From: a virus
Length of the DNA stretch: 64,000 bases
Virus record (IMG/VR): IMGVR_UViG_3300033149_003931
Span: 1 to 64,000 of that record
Direction: 5' to 3' (one strand)
The translations under genes were made by a program, and so were the position numbers. Every line of letters begins with the position of its first letter. Position 1 is the stretch's first letter. Under the pieces are notes generated by a model. That model worked only from the letters and a program-made list of their open reading frames with translations. It ran no database searches and was not told where the DNA came from. Below are positions 18,570 through 26,534 of this stretch, one piece after another.

Positions 18570-19271
18570 ATGAAAGTTGGCAGAAAAATATTATTTGCAG
18601 GAACAACTTCCTCGGGATCATCTGCTTTGTTTGATTATTTTAGATGCTTTAAAAATACCTGTGGGATGGTGACTGAGATGCCTAGGGTGTGGCGGAAGAA
18701 TCTGTATCCTAAATGGAAACAGGAGCGTTTTAATCATCCAGAGAAGTATAAAGTCTTATTGAATAACGGGATTGAACAAGAGGCTCGTAAGAGATTTGGT
18801 AAAAAATTGGAGGCTTCGGTCTTATTATTAAACAACGTTGTGACCTGTTTAACCTTACCCGGGATTAAACTCTTGGATAATACTTTAGTTTTTTGTGTGC
18901 TAAGAGATCCAAGATCCACTTGGTTAAGACGCCGGCAATTATGTATTGAATCTGGTTGGCCTGTAGATGTAAACCAGTTTATTAAAGATTATAGAGTGCA
19001 ACGAGAAACATTTTCTAATCATTTAAAAGGCTTAAAGACTAATCGTAATAAAATTTATGTGGTTAATTTTGAGGATTTTTTATTAGATTTAGCATTTAAG
19101 AGACGGGTCGTTGAAATTGCTGGATTCAATATTGAAGAATACCCAAGTAATCCGAAGTATGCGCCGATACCAAAAGAGCAATCTATTTTATGGCATCATT
19201 TTTATGTTAAACAAGATGAGATTGATCTAATTAAACAGGAGTTGTTGGAGTATTGTCATCCAAGGGTTTAA
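18570..19271 (+). CDS. Sulfotransferase-like P-loop protein
   Basis: G..SSGSSALFDY (5'-PSB-like), VLRDPRSTW (3'-PB-like), VNFEDF. Confidence 0.7.
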   Translation: MKVGRKILFAGTTSSGSSALFDYFRCFKNTCGMVTEMPRVWRKNLYPKWKQERFNHPEKYKVLLNNGIEQEARKRFGKKLEASVLLLNNVVTCLTLPGIKLLDNTLVFCVLRDPRSTWLRRRQLCIESGWPVDVNQFIKDYRVQRETFSNHLKGLKTNRNKIYVVNFEDFLLDLAFKRRVVEIAGFNIEEYPSNPKYAPIPKEQSILWHHFYVKQDEIDLIKQELLEYCHPRV

Positions 19272-19273
19272 CT

Positions 19274-19705
19274 ATGCAAGGTCATCTTAAAAAATTTAAA
19301 GTAGGTATTACCTTTGGTGGGTTTGACCTCTGCCACATTGGGCATTTGAATCTTTTAAAACAGGCGAAGAAATTGTGTGATTATTTAGTTGTTTGTGTTA
19401 GTAATGATAGTTATATAAAGAAAATAAAAAAGTATGCTTCTGTTATCCCGTTAAAAGATAGAATTGAAATTATAAAAGCCATACGTTATGTTGACGAAGT
19501 TGATATTCAAAAATTAAATTTTGGAAAAAAACCATTAATAAAAAAGTATGGCGCAGATGTTATTTTTGTTGGTAATGACTGGACACCCGAAACATTTACT
19601 GGGGAAAATCTTGGGGTACCCGTTGTTTATTTGGATAGAACTAAAGGAATAAGTTCGACTCAATTACGAGTTAAATATTTAATTAATGGGGTAGATTATG
19701 GATAG
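19274..19705 (+). CDS. HIGH-family nucleotidyltransferase (TagD / RfaE domain II-like)
   Basis: GGFDLCHIGH.NLL..AK, R.EI..AIRYVDEV, GNDW, RT.GISST. Confidence 0.9.
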   Translation: MQGHLKKFKVGITFGGFDLCHIGHLNLLKQAKKLCDYLVVCVSNDSYIKKIKKYASVIPLKDRIEIIKAIRYVDEVDIQKLNFGKKPLIKKYGADVIFVGNDWTPETFTGENLGVPVVYLDRTKGISSTQLRVKYLINGVDYG

Positions 19706-20198
19706 GCTAAATTTAGGCTGTGGAAATAAGAAGTTCTCAGATTTTTTAAACGTGGATATTAGACCTGAAGTGAAACCAGATATTATTTTAGATATTTCCG
19801 ATCTTTCTCAATTTGAAAATCAAACTTTTTCGTATATCTTGGCTATGGATATTCTTGAGCATTTTCCCCATGCTAGGGTTTGGCCCGTATTAACGGAATG
19901 GGTTAGATGCTTAAAAATTGGTGGACAGATTGAGATACAGGTACCGAGTATTGATCGAATATATAAAGATAGAGATAAGTTAGTTAATAATTATGATGGT
20001 GATTCTTCTTTACGGTTTTCTCAATTAATTTTTGGGGGCCAAGGTTATCAAGATAATTTTCATTGTGTATTTTTTACGCCGGAATTTTTTAAATTAATGC
20101 CTAAACGCTTAGGATTGGAAATTACAAAATACTTTCCTGAGATTGGGTTGTATAATCATAAAGTAATTATGACTAAGATATATGAAATTAAAAAATAA
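19698..20198 (+). CDS. SAM-dependent methyltransferase (type 11-like)
   Basis: LNLGCG...F.NVDI, ILEHF, EW.RCLK.GG.IEI.VP. Confidence 0.85.
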   Translation: MDRLNLGCGNKKFSDFLNVDIRPEVKPDIILDISDLSQFENQTFSYILAMDILEHFPHARVWPVLTEWVRCLKIGGQIEIQVPSIDRIYKDRDKLVNNYDGDSSLRFSQLIFGGQGYQDNFHCVFFTPEFFKLMPKRLGLEITKYFPEIGLYNHKVIMTKIYEIKK

Positions 20199-21036
20199 AA
20201 ATCTGCTTTGGCTCACGGACTACACGGTGAAAGAAGTTCCTGCGGGTGGCGCGGAGATTACGGATTCCTATGTGATTCAGGCTGGAAAGTCTTTAGGGTA
20301 TTCTATCCAAGTGTGTTGTCCGAGTAACTTGAGATCAAATATTTTAGAAAAAAGTGATTTGGTAATTTTTAGTAATTGTTATGAGTTTCCGAAACCGGCC
20401 AGACAGATGATTATGGAGGAGAAGCCTTATGTTGTTTACTCCCATGATTCCGGTCGTTGGATGGAGGTCGTTAAAAGAAGCCCAAATATGATGAAAAATG
20501 CTCAGGCAAATATTTTTCTATCTCCGTTACACAGGGATTGTTTTTCTAAATTTTTAGTTGGGGCCAAGAATATTTTGTTAGTCCCACCCCATATTCCCGT
20601 GGAGTTTTATGATCGCGGCGCACAGCGGGTTAATAAGATTATTTTTGTTGGAAATATTCACGAAGGTAAAGGTATTTGTGAGATCATTCAATATGCAAAA
20701 GATAATCCTTGCATGGTTTTTGATTTTTATTACAAAAGGGGTGTTAGTTACCTTATTCGTCAGCTTAAGGCTTTAAATAACTGCAATTTAGTGGGTTATG
20801 TACCCAAAGAGGCGATATATAATAATTATAATAAATATAAATATTTTATTCATATACCACAGCATTATGAGTCTTTTGGTCGGGCCGTTGGGGAGGCATA
20901 TTTGTGCGGTTGTGAAATCATTGTAAATAAAAGGGTTGGAGCAGTTTCTTATGATTGGGACTACCAAACTTTCAGGAAAAGGACTATGCACGCTCATTTT
21001 ATTTTTTGGGAAAAGCTATCTAAAGCTTTGGATTAA
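20182..21036 (+). CDS. GT-B glycosyltransferase (GT4-like)
   Basis: GGAE, FVGNI...KG, ESFGRAVGEAYLCGC (EX7E). Confidence 0.85.
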   Translation: MKLKNKNLLWLTDYTVKEVPAGGAEITDSYVIQAGKSLGYSIQVCCPSNLRSNILEKSDLVIFSNCYEFPKPARQMIMEEKPYVVYSHDSGRWMEVVKRSPNMMKNAQANIFLSPLHRDCFSKFLVGAKNILLVPPHIPVEFYDRGAQRVNKIIFVGNIHEGKGICEIIQYAKDNPCMVFDFYYKRGVSYLIRQLKALNNCNLVGYVPKEAIYNNYNKYKYFIHIPQHYESFGRAVGEAYLCGCEIIVNKRVGAVSYDWDYQTFRKRTMHAHFIFWEKLSKALD

Positions 21037-21054
21037 GTTGGTTTCTATAAGGGT

Positions 21055-21074
21055 TTATTTGTATTTAATAATAG
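21055..21074 (+). promoter_or_regulatory. Putative late promoter motif, copy 3
   Basis: TTATTTGTATTTAA-TAA-TAG before 21085. Confidence 0.7.
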
Positions 21075-21084
21075 GGGGTGTCTA

Positions 21085-21531
21085 ATGAAAGTGTTTCTTT
21101 ATGGTAAATACACAATAGGGGATAAGATAATCCTATCACATTTTCAGAGTATACTCAAGAATTGTGAATACTTGGGGGAAAAGGTTGACTTATCTCGAAT
21201 CAATCCGGAACAAGAAAATCTTATTGTAGTATCCAATTCTAGTCTATTTCATATAGATCAGGATAAGGTATTGGGATATATTAATAAGGATTTAACTAAG
21301 CCTTTAATGGTTGTTCGTAAAATCAAGACTTTTGGAACGGTTTTTTTTGAACCGAATTTTCGGGTAGAAAAGATTACGACTAACAAGGGATATAATTTTG
21401 CAGGAATGTTATTTCTGCCGAAGAAATATTTAAAGGCGTTAAAAACCGGGAAGAAAACCATATCGGAAATTTTTCGGACTGTACCTTACGAGGATTGGAG
21501 ATTTTATATAATTAATTCTAAAAGGAAATAA
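21085..21531 (+). CDS. Divergent sugar-phosphate nucleotidyltransferase-like protein
   Basis: FGTV......VEKI......NFAGMLFL resembles the NTP_transferase core; N-terminal GGxGTR motif absent. Confidence 0.45.
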   Translation: MKVFLYGKYTIGDKIILSHFQSILKNCEYLGEKVDLSRINPEQENLIVVSNSSLFHIDQDKVLGYINKDLTKPLMVVRKIKTFGTVFFEPNFRVEKITTNKGYNFAGMLFLPKKYLKALKTGKKTISEIFRTVPYEDWRFYIINSKRK

Positions 21532-21553
21532 TAAGTATATCAAAGGAGACATT

Positions 21554-21772
21554 ATGGAATTTTTAGCTTACCCTCAGTCTGTGCCTGTTGTCAATGATCA
21601 TTATCAGGTTGTCACAAAATTAAATGATCAGTATGAAGTTGTTGTGGGGCGTTATGACGTATCTGGTACTTGGTATAAGGTGGACGAGATTGCTGTAAAT
21701 TTGGAGAGCGGTGGAAAGATTGTTGCGGCCTTTTTGCCAAAACCTGAAGTACCCGAATGTGCAAAGATTTAA
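21554..21772 (+). CDS. Hypothetical protein
   Basis: AAAGGAG SD. Confidence 0.6.
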   Translation: MEFLAYPQSVPVVNDHYQVVTKLNDQYEVVVGRYDVSGTWYKVDEIAVNLESGGKIVAAFLPKPEVPECAKI

Positions 21773-21803
21773 TTTGAGAAATTATATCCGCGGTGGCCCC
21801 GCA

Positions 21804-21825
21804 AAAATAGGCTGCGGCCTATTTT
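21804..21825. terminator. Short symmetric terminator-like hairpin
   Basis: AAAATAGGC-TGCG-GCCTATTTT. Confidence 0.55.
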
Positions 21826-21862
21826 AAATAATATAAAATTATAAGAACACAGTGGAAATAAT

Positions 21863-23311
21863 ATGGATTACTTTACAAGTTCATTAGCTGGTGGCGGTGG
21901 TGTAGGGACAAAGGAAGATCCGTTTACATTAACGGAAGGACTTGCTTTTGCAAATGCTGGGTCTCTGCTGAATGATGAGACTCTATGGGTTAAGGGTGAT
22001 GGTATTTATCCAATGTCTGATTTTGCCTTAATATCTCCCGGTTTTTATACTCCGGTACCATCTTTTAAAAACATAAAGGGTTATACTTCTGTTATAACCG
22101 ATAATGGAAGAGCAACTATTCAAAGAAGTGGCGGAGCGGGTATATTATTTGATATACAAGCCAGTTATTGGAGAGTAGAAAATTTTAATATTGACGGACA
22201 AAATTTTGGAACAACCAATCTTGATCTTCAATCCGGAAACAATGTTGGAAGGAACATAGTTTCTTATAATGCCGGCACTTATGGATTTGACAATGGGATA
22301 TTATTTGACTGTTATTCACATGATAATGGTACTTACAATTACAATGCCGCTAATTGTCATAATACTATAAGTAAGAATAGTGGATCGATTGGATATTACG
22401 GTTGTAATTTAACAAATTTTGCTTCCTATAATGACACTCAAGATGCAGTAAGAGCTTTTAATGGTAGAAATATTATGAATGGTGTTATTGTTGGTGCTGG
22501 TGGGCATGGGATTGCTCAAGTGTATTATGGATGTGTTATTAAAAATATTTCTATTTCATATTGTGTGAATAATGCTTTAAACATTGATCGAGACGGAAGT
22601 ATTATTGAAAATATGAATTTTTATAAGAATGGTGGAATTTCAAATGAGATGGCTCAACTTGGAACTTATTATGAATTAGATCCACAATTCACAAACCCCG
22701 CTGTATTAGATTTTACTCGTACAGGGACAAATTTGGATGATAAAGGTTTTTCAACCATAGGAACTCTTGCGTTTAATTATAGAATAGATATAGGTATTGA
22801 CCAAAAGAGATCCCCTGATTATCCGGATAATGGAGAAGTTCTTTCTACGGCTACGTTTGATTATGGTAATCGGACAGGTACGTATGTAGAGGTGGTGATA
22901 GGTAAAGTAGTCTCCGGGATTCAATATGGGGAAGATGGGACGGAGCATACTGGCGTTTACGTTGAAACCCCGGTTGGAAAAGTAATTTTAGGAATAGGCT
23001 TTGGTGCTAATGGTACAGAAAAAACTGGAACCTATGTTGAGGTAGCAATAGGTAAGGTTATTTCTGGGATTCAATATGGTGCGGATGGTACGCAGCATAC
23101 CGGGGTTTATGTCGAGACCCCGGTTGGAAAAGTAATTTTAAGCACTGGCTTTGGGGCAAATGGTACGGAAAAAGACGGCACGTATGTAGAGGTTGCGGAA
23201 GTTGACGCAAGAGATGGTACGTTTTACGGTGCCGGCGGGACGGAAAAAGAAGGTTCTTTAGACGCACCCAAGTCAGTTCAGGAAATCGCGATTGCTGTGG
23301 AGGTGGAGTAA
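21863..23311 (+). CDS. Virion protein with beta-helix (pectin lyase-like) domain and C-terminal 25-aa repeats
   Basis: GxGT.EDPF.L N-terminus, Asn-ladder repeats (SYNAG.YG, SHDNG), DPQF.NPA..DF; TG.YVE...GKV..G..YG..GTE repeats. Confidence 0.7.
   Translation: MDYFTSSLAGGGGVGTKEDPFTLTEGLAFANAGSLLNDETLWVKGDGIYPMSDFALISPGFYTPVPSFKNIKGYTSVITDNGRATIQRSGGAGILFDIQASYWRVENFNIDGQNFGTTNLDLQSGNNVGRNIVSYNAGTYGFDNGILFDCYSHDNGTYNYNAANCHNTISKNSGSIGYYGCNLTNFASYNDTQDAVRAFNGRNIMNGVIVGAGGHGIAQVYYGCVIKNISISYCVNNALNIDRDGSIIENMNFYKNGGISNEMAQLGTYYELDPQFTNPAVLDFTRTGTNLDDKGFSTIGTLAFNYRIDIGIDQKRSPDYPDNGEVLSTATFDYGNRTGTYVEVVIGKVVSGIQYGEDGTEHTGVYVETPVGKVILGIGFGANGTEKTGTYVEVAIGKVISGIQYGADGTQHTGVYVETPVGKVILSTGFGANGTEKDGTYVEVAEVDARDGTFYGAGGTEKEGSLDAPKSVQEIAIAVEVE
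22875..23260 (+). repeat. 75-bp coding repeats with 150-bp higher-order duplication
   Basis: GGGATTCAATATGG and CCCCGGTTGGAAAAGTAATTTTA each recur 150 bp apart. Confidence 0.85.
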
Positions 23312-23649
23312 TGTCTATTACAATTAATAGCGTTGATACGCGTAGATTAACTCTGAAACAAAAAGAGGGCAAACGTTTAAAGTTTACCTATAATATTGCT
23401 GTCGATACAGCGACGTTTTCTCTTATCGTTAAAGATCGATCGGGGACGACGATTTTTACTAAGTCCGATTCAGATTTTGATAAAATTCTAATTGCGACCA
23501 AGATTGTAAAAGTTTATTTAACTGTGGCTGATCTGGATGTAGCCATAGACACCTATGTGATGGAGTTAAAAACGATATGGGATGCTGCGCTTAGTGTGGA
23601 TAAGACTGAAAATATAAAGTTAAAGATTAAAGAAAGTCTTCATTCTTAA
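23311..23649 (+). CDS. BppU-like Ig-fold virion protein
   Basis: Beta-sandwich pattern (ATFSLIVK, V.LT..DL....Y..EL); coupled to previous gene. Confidence 0.5.
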   Translation: MSITINSVDTRRLTLKQKEGKRLKFTYNIAVDTATFSLIVKDRSGTTIFTKSDSDFDKILIATKIVKVYLTVADLDVAIDTYVMELKTIWDAALSVDKTENIKLKIKESLHS

Positions 23650-23654
23650 GGAGG

Positions 23655-24242
23655 ATGATTATGATTTCTAAAGATACGATTGAAGAAATCCTTAGTATAT
23701 CAGAAGATGGTATTTCGGATTCAGTTTATTTATGGGCCCAGAAAAGGTTTTTTATTTTAACTGAGCTTCGTGAGGCCGAGGTATCTAAGACTTTTAGGAA
23801 GTTTGTAAATACCACGACTGTTTATATAAAGTTACCCCATACAAACATTAAATCTATAGATACCCTAACGGTGGATAACGAGGCGCAAGATTTCACTTTA
23901 TTTACTGATTTAAAGTTTAATCCAGGCACAGGGTTAGTGTCATATACCGGGGGCTTCGGTGGGGGTCAACTTGTAGAAGTGGCTTATACCTTAAAGAGTT
24001 ATACGCATGAAGATATTCATGATTATCTTGTTTCTTTATTAGTAACTAAGGCTATATCTATTTTTACTCCGGATCAATTAAATCAGGTTCGTATGATTAA
24101 AATTGGAAAATTTCAAAAACAGTTTGGTTCCGCTTCAGCTAATCTAAATGAATATATGAGAGTTTTAGATATGGAGATAGATAGGGCCATTGATTTGATT
24201 AATGATGATGACGGAAGTTTAACCATGGATATAGCAAACTAA
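23655..24242 (+). CDS. Head-tail adaptor/connector protein
   Basis: Position; LP..NI.SI..L.VD, VEV.Y, IKIG.F...F pattern. Confidence 0.65.
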   Translation: MIMISKDTIEEILSISEDGISDSVYLWAQKRFFILTELREAEVSKTFRKFVNTTTVYIKLPHTNIKSIDTLTVDNEAQDFTLFTDLKFNPGTGLVSYTGGFGGGQLVEVAYTLKSYTHEDIHDYLVSLLVTKAISIFTPDQLNQVRMIKIGKFQKQFGSASANLNEYMRVLDMEIDRAIDLINDDDGSLTMDIAN

Positions 24243-24251
24243 GGATCAATT

Positions 24252-24380
24252 ATGCCCGACAACACCTTTCAACATAAATTAAAGTGTTCTAAGTGTGGAA
24301 AGCGAAAAGTTTATCTTGTCGTTATTAATGATGGCTTTGAATATGTTTGTAAAGCCTGTGGGCATACTTGGAGGGCTTAA
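24252..24380 (+). CDS. Small zinc-ribbon protein (42 aa)
   Basis: CSKCG...CKACGHTW; TAATG coupling to next gene; not in ORF track. Confidence 0.6.
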   Translation: MPDNTFQHKLKCSKCGKRKVYLVVINDGFEYVCKACGHTWRA

Positions 24381-24730
24381 TGTCAGATTCAGTTTTTAAT
24401 TCTTTATTAACTCAGACCTGTGAAATTCAAAGAAGGGATCTTGATGACTCTACTTTGGATAAGTGGGGAGCATCGGACGAAACTTTTGTGACTATTTCTT
24501 CTGGGGAGCCTTGTCTATTCCAGCAGTCAGAGGAATTGATTGAATTTAGTCGGAGGGGAGAGAAGTTATTTACTCGTTTACTGGTTTTTATGAAACCGAC
24601 GGCAGACATTACTGAAGACGATATTTTAGTCTTCGGAGCTAAAAAATATCGAGTAGTTGGGGTAGATGATGCCGGGGGGCAAGGCCACCACTTTGAAGTG
24701 GCGGTAATAAATTTGGAAAATTCGGGTTAA
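24380..24730 (+). CDS. Head closure protein (SPP1 gp16-like)
   Basis: C.IQR.....D.WG, DI.EDD......KYRV..V.D..G..HH.EV. Confidence 0.8.
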   Translation: MSDSVFNSLLTQTCEIQRRDLDDSTLDKWGASDETFVTISSGEPCLFQQSEELIEFSRRGEKLFTRLLVFMKPTADITEDDILVFGAKKYRVVGVDDAGGQGHHFEVAVINLENSG

Positions 24731-24732
24731 TT

Positions 24733-24792
24733 ATGAAAAAGAATTATTGTATAGATTGTCATAAAGAGAGACATTTTGTGGGGAGTTTTTAA
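24733..24792 (+). pseudogene. Collapsed HNH endonuclease remnant (MKKNYCIDCHKERHFVGSF)
   Basis: Resembles a KNYCIDC N-terminus joined to a C..CH...H C-terminus. Confidence 0.35.
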
Positions 24793-24793
24793 T

Positions 24794-25324
24794 ATGGCTA
24801 GAGACTTCATGATAGATGACTCTCAGTTATCAAGGTATATAACCCAGCTTACCCGTGTTCCTAGAATGGTTGGTACTAGAAGTGCAAGATGGGTAAGGCG
24901 GTTGACTAATTTTACCGAGAGGAAAATGAAATCGTTTTCTAAATCGAAGAGTGATCGATCTACGGGTAATCTATCTTCGAGTATTTCTTCAAAATATAGT
25001 TTGACAAATAAATTTGTTCAGGGAACAGTGTATGTACCAGAAAGTGTAAAGTATCAGTTTGCTGCGGAATACGGTATTAAGCGCAATTTTATTATACAGG
25101 GTAATCCCAGAATGACTTTTCCTGTTGGGAGTTGGAAACGCGCAGGGGGCGGTGTTGTAGCTGTACCACACAGGGGTTATTTTGTTTTTACTCAGGTTAA
25201 GCGTGGAAAATATAAAGGAAGAAAATTTACACAAAGAGCTTTTGAAAGTTTGAAAAAACATTATGCCTCTAATGAGCGCAAAATACTTGATGATTTAGGA
25301 AAAGCAATTTTATTTGCGAGGTAA
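24794..25324 (+). CDS. HK97 gp10-like neck/tail completion protein
   Basis: TGNLSSSI, Y....EYG, G.KGRKF..RAFE. Confidence 0.75.
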   Translation: MARDFMIDDSQLSRYITQLTRVPRMVGTRSARWVRRLTNFTERKMKSFSKSKSDRSTGNLSSSISSKYSLTNKFVQGTVYVPESVKYQFAAEYGIKRNFIIQGNPRMTFPVGSWKRAGGGVVAVPHRGYFVFTQVKRGKYKGRKFTQRAFESLKKHYASNERKILDDLGKAILFAR

Positions 25325-25326
25325 TT

Positions 25327-25755
25327 ATGAATATTATTGGTCAACGTGTAATAGAATATTTAAAGGCAGATACAGTACTGGTAAACTTACTTGGTGATGC
25401 TCGGAATATTTATGCTCTGGGTTTAAACGAGATAGATAATCGACCGAGTAAATATGTTTGCGTTGAATGTAGTCCCGGAGAGGACTTAAATAATATTCCG
25501 GCTCAAAAAGATGATTTTGATGTTGAGATTGGGGTTAGCCGAAAGATTGAAAACTCTTTTGCTGTGATTATGGTTGTTGTAAGTAGAGTGGATGATCTGT
25601 TAAATAAGGGAGAAACGGGTTTAACTTCGGGATCATGGAAGGTAATTCATATGACTCGCGTAGGTTCCCCAACCAAAGGGCCCTTAATTGATGATAAAAA
25701 TAACGAATATTATTTTTCTTTGAAATATGAATACATCCTTGACGAAAGCAGTTAG
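25327..25755 (+). CDS. Tail terminator protein
   Basis: YLKAD..L..LLG...IY pattern; position after gp10-like gene. Confidence 0.65.
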   Translation: MNIIGQRVIEYLKADTVLVNLLGDARNIYALGLNEIDNRPSKYVCVECSPGEDLNNIPAQKDDFDVEIGVSRKIENSFAVIMVVVSRVDDLLNKGETGLTSGSWKVIHMTRVGSPTKGPLIDDKNNEYYFSLKYEYILDESS

Positions 25756-25808
25756 TTGTGGTAGAAAATTAGTTAAGTAAAGTGACCTACTAAAAAGGAG
25801 AGAGAATC

Positions 25809-26117
25809 ATGAGTGAAAAAATTTGTTTATCAAAGTCCACGGAATATGAATTAAGAGGTGGAGTATGTATTAAGGTTTTTCCTGCCAGCTTAGAAACATT
25901 ATCCCAATTAGATCCTAAACTCAAAAAATTAGATGAGGCGGCCACAGGCACCGATCTAAAAGTACAGACAACTGTGTTTGTTGATGTTGTTTATGATTTA
26001 ATTAAAGATGATAATGATATAAATAAGGCGGATTTAAAGAAAGCCCTAACGATTGAAGCTTGTACGAAAGTTATTGAGACAGCTATGGGATCATTGGGTT
26101 CTTTGTCCAGTAAATAG
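25809..26117 (+). CDS. Tail assembly chaperone
   Basis: Position two genes upstream of tape measure; strong SD. Confidence 0.6.
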   Translation: MSEKICLSKSTEYELRGGVCIKVFPASLETLSQLDPKLKKLDEAATGTDLKVQTTVFVDVVYDLIKDDNDINKADLKKALTIEACTKVIETAMGSLGSLSSK

Positions 26118-26125
26118 GTTATTCC

Positions 26126-26524
26126 ATGTCTAAAAATAATGATAAATTGTTAGGACTTTTAGATACTTTAATGTCAGAGTATGGTTGGACGTTGGAATAT
26201 TGCTTAAAGCTTCCCGGGGATGTTGTAACCGGTTTATATACAGCTATACAACTCCGTAAAGGTCGGGAGGCAAAGGTTTGGACTAAGCTTATTGGTGCTG
26301 CATGTGCGGCAGGTTTCGGTGGTAAATTAGACAAGCTTGATAAACTCTTTGATGCCGAAACTGAAACGGATACTACAGTGGATAAGGCTGCATGGAAAGG
26401 TCAGGTTAAGGGCCTTTGGATGCGTATGCAAACTAAGGCAAAGAAGTCGACCCCTGAGGATTATAAAAGGTTAAATGAAGAGTTTGAACTAAAATGGAAA
26501 AATGGTGAGAATATCGAGTTTTAG
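26126..26524 (+). CDS. Second tail assembly chaperone-like protein
   Basis: L..EYGWT.EY.L.LP motif; immediately before tape measure. Confidence 0.6.
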   Translation: MSKNNDKLLGLLDTLMSEYGWTLEYCLKLPGDVVTGLYTAIQLRKGREAKVWTKLIGAACAAGFGGKLDKLDKLFDAETETDTTVDKAAWKGQVKGLWMRMQTKAKKSTPEDYKRLNEEFELKWKNGENIEF

Positions 26525-26534
26525 GGTTTAAATT

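Noticed and set aside
22875-23260. DGR template/variable repeat pair
   Set aside because: Both copies are in frame in the same gene, differences are mostly synonymous and not adenine-specific, and no reverse transcriptase is in the window
26090-26130. Programmed -1 frameshift between tail chaperones
   Set aside because: No XXXYYYZ heptamer, and the -1 frame is blocked by TAA at 26111-26113
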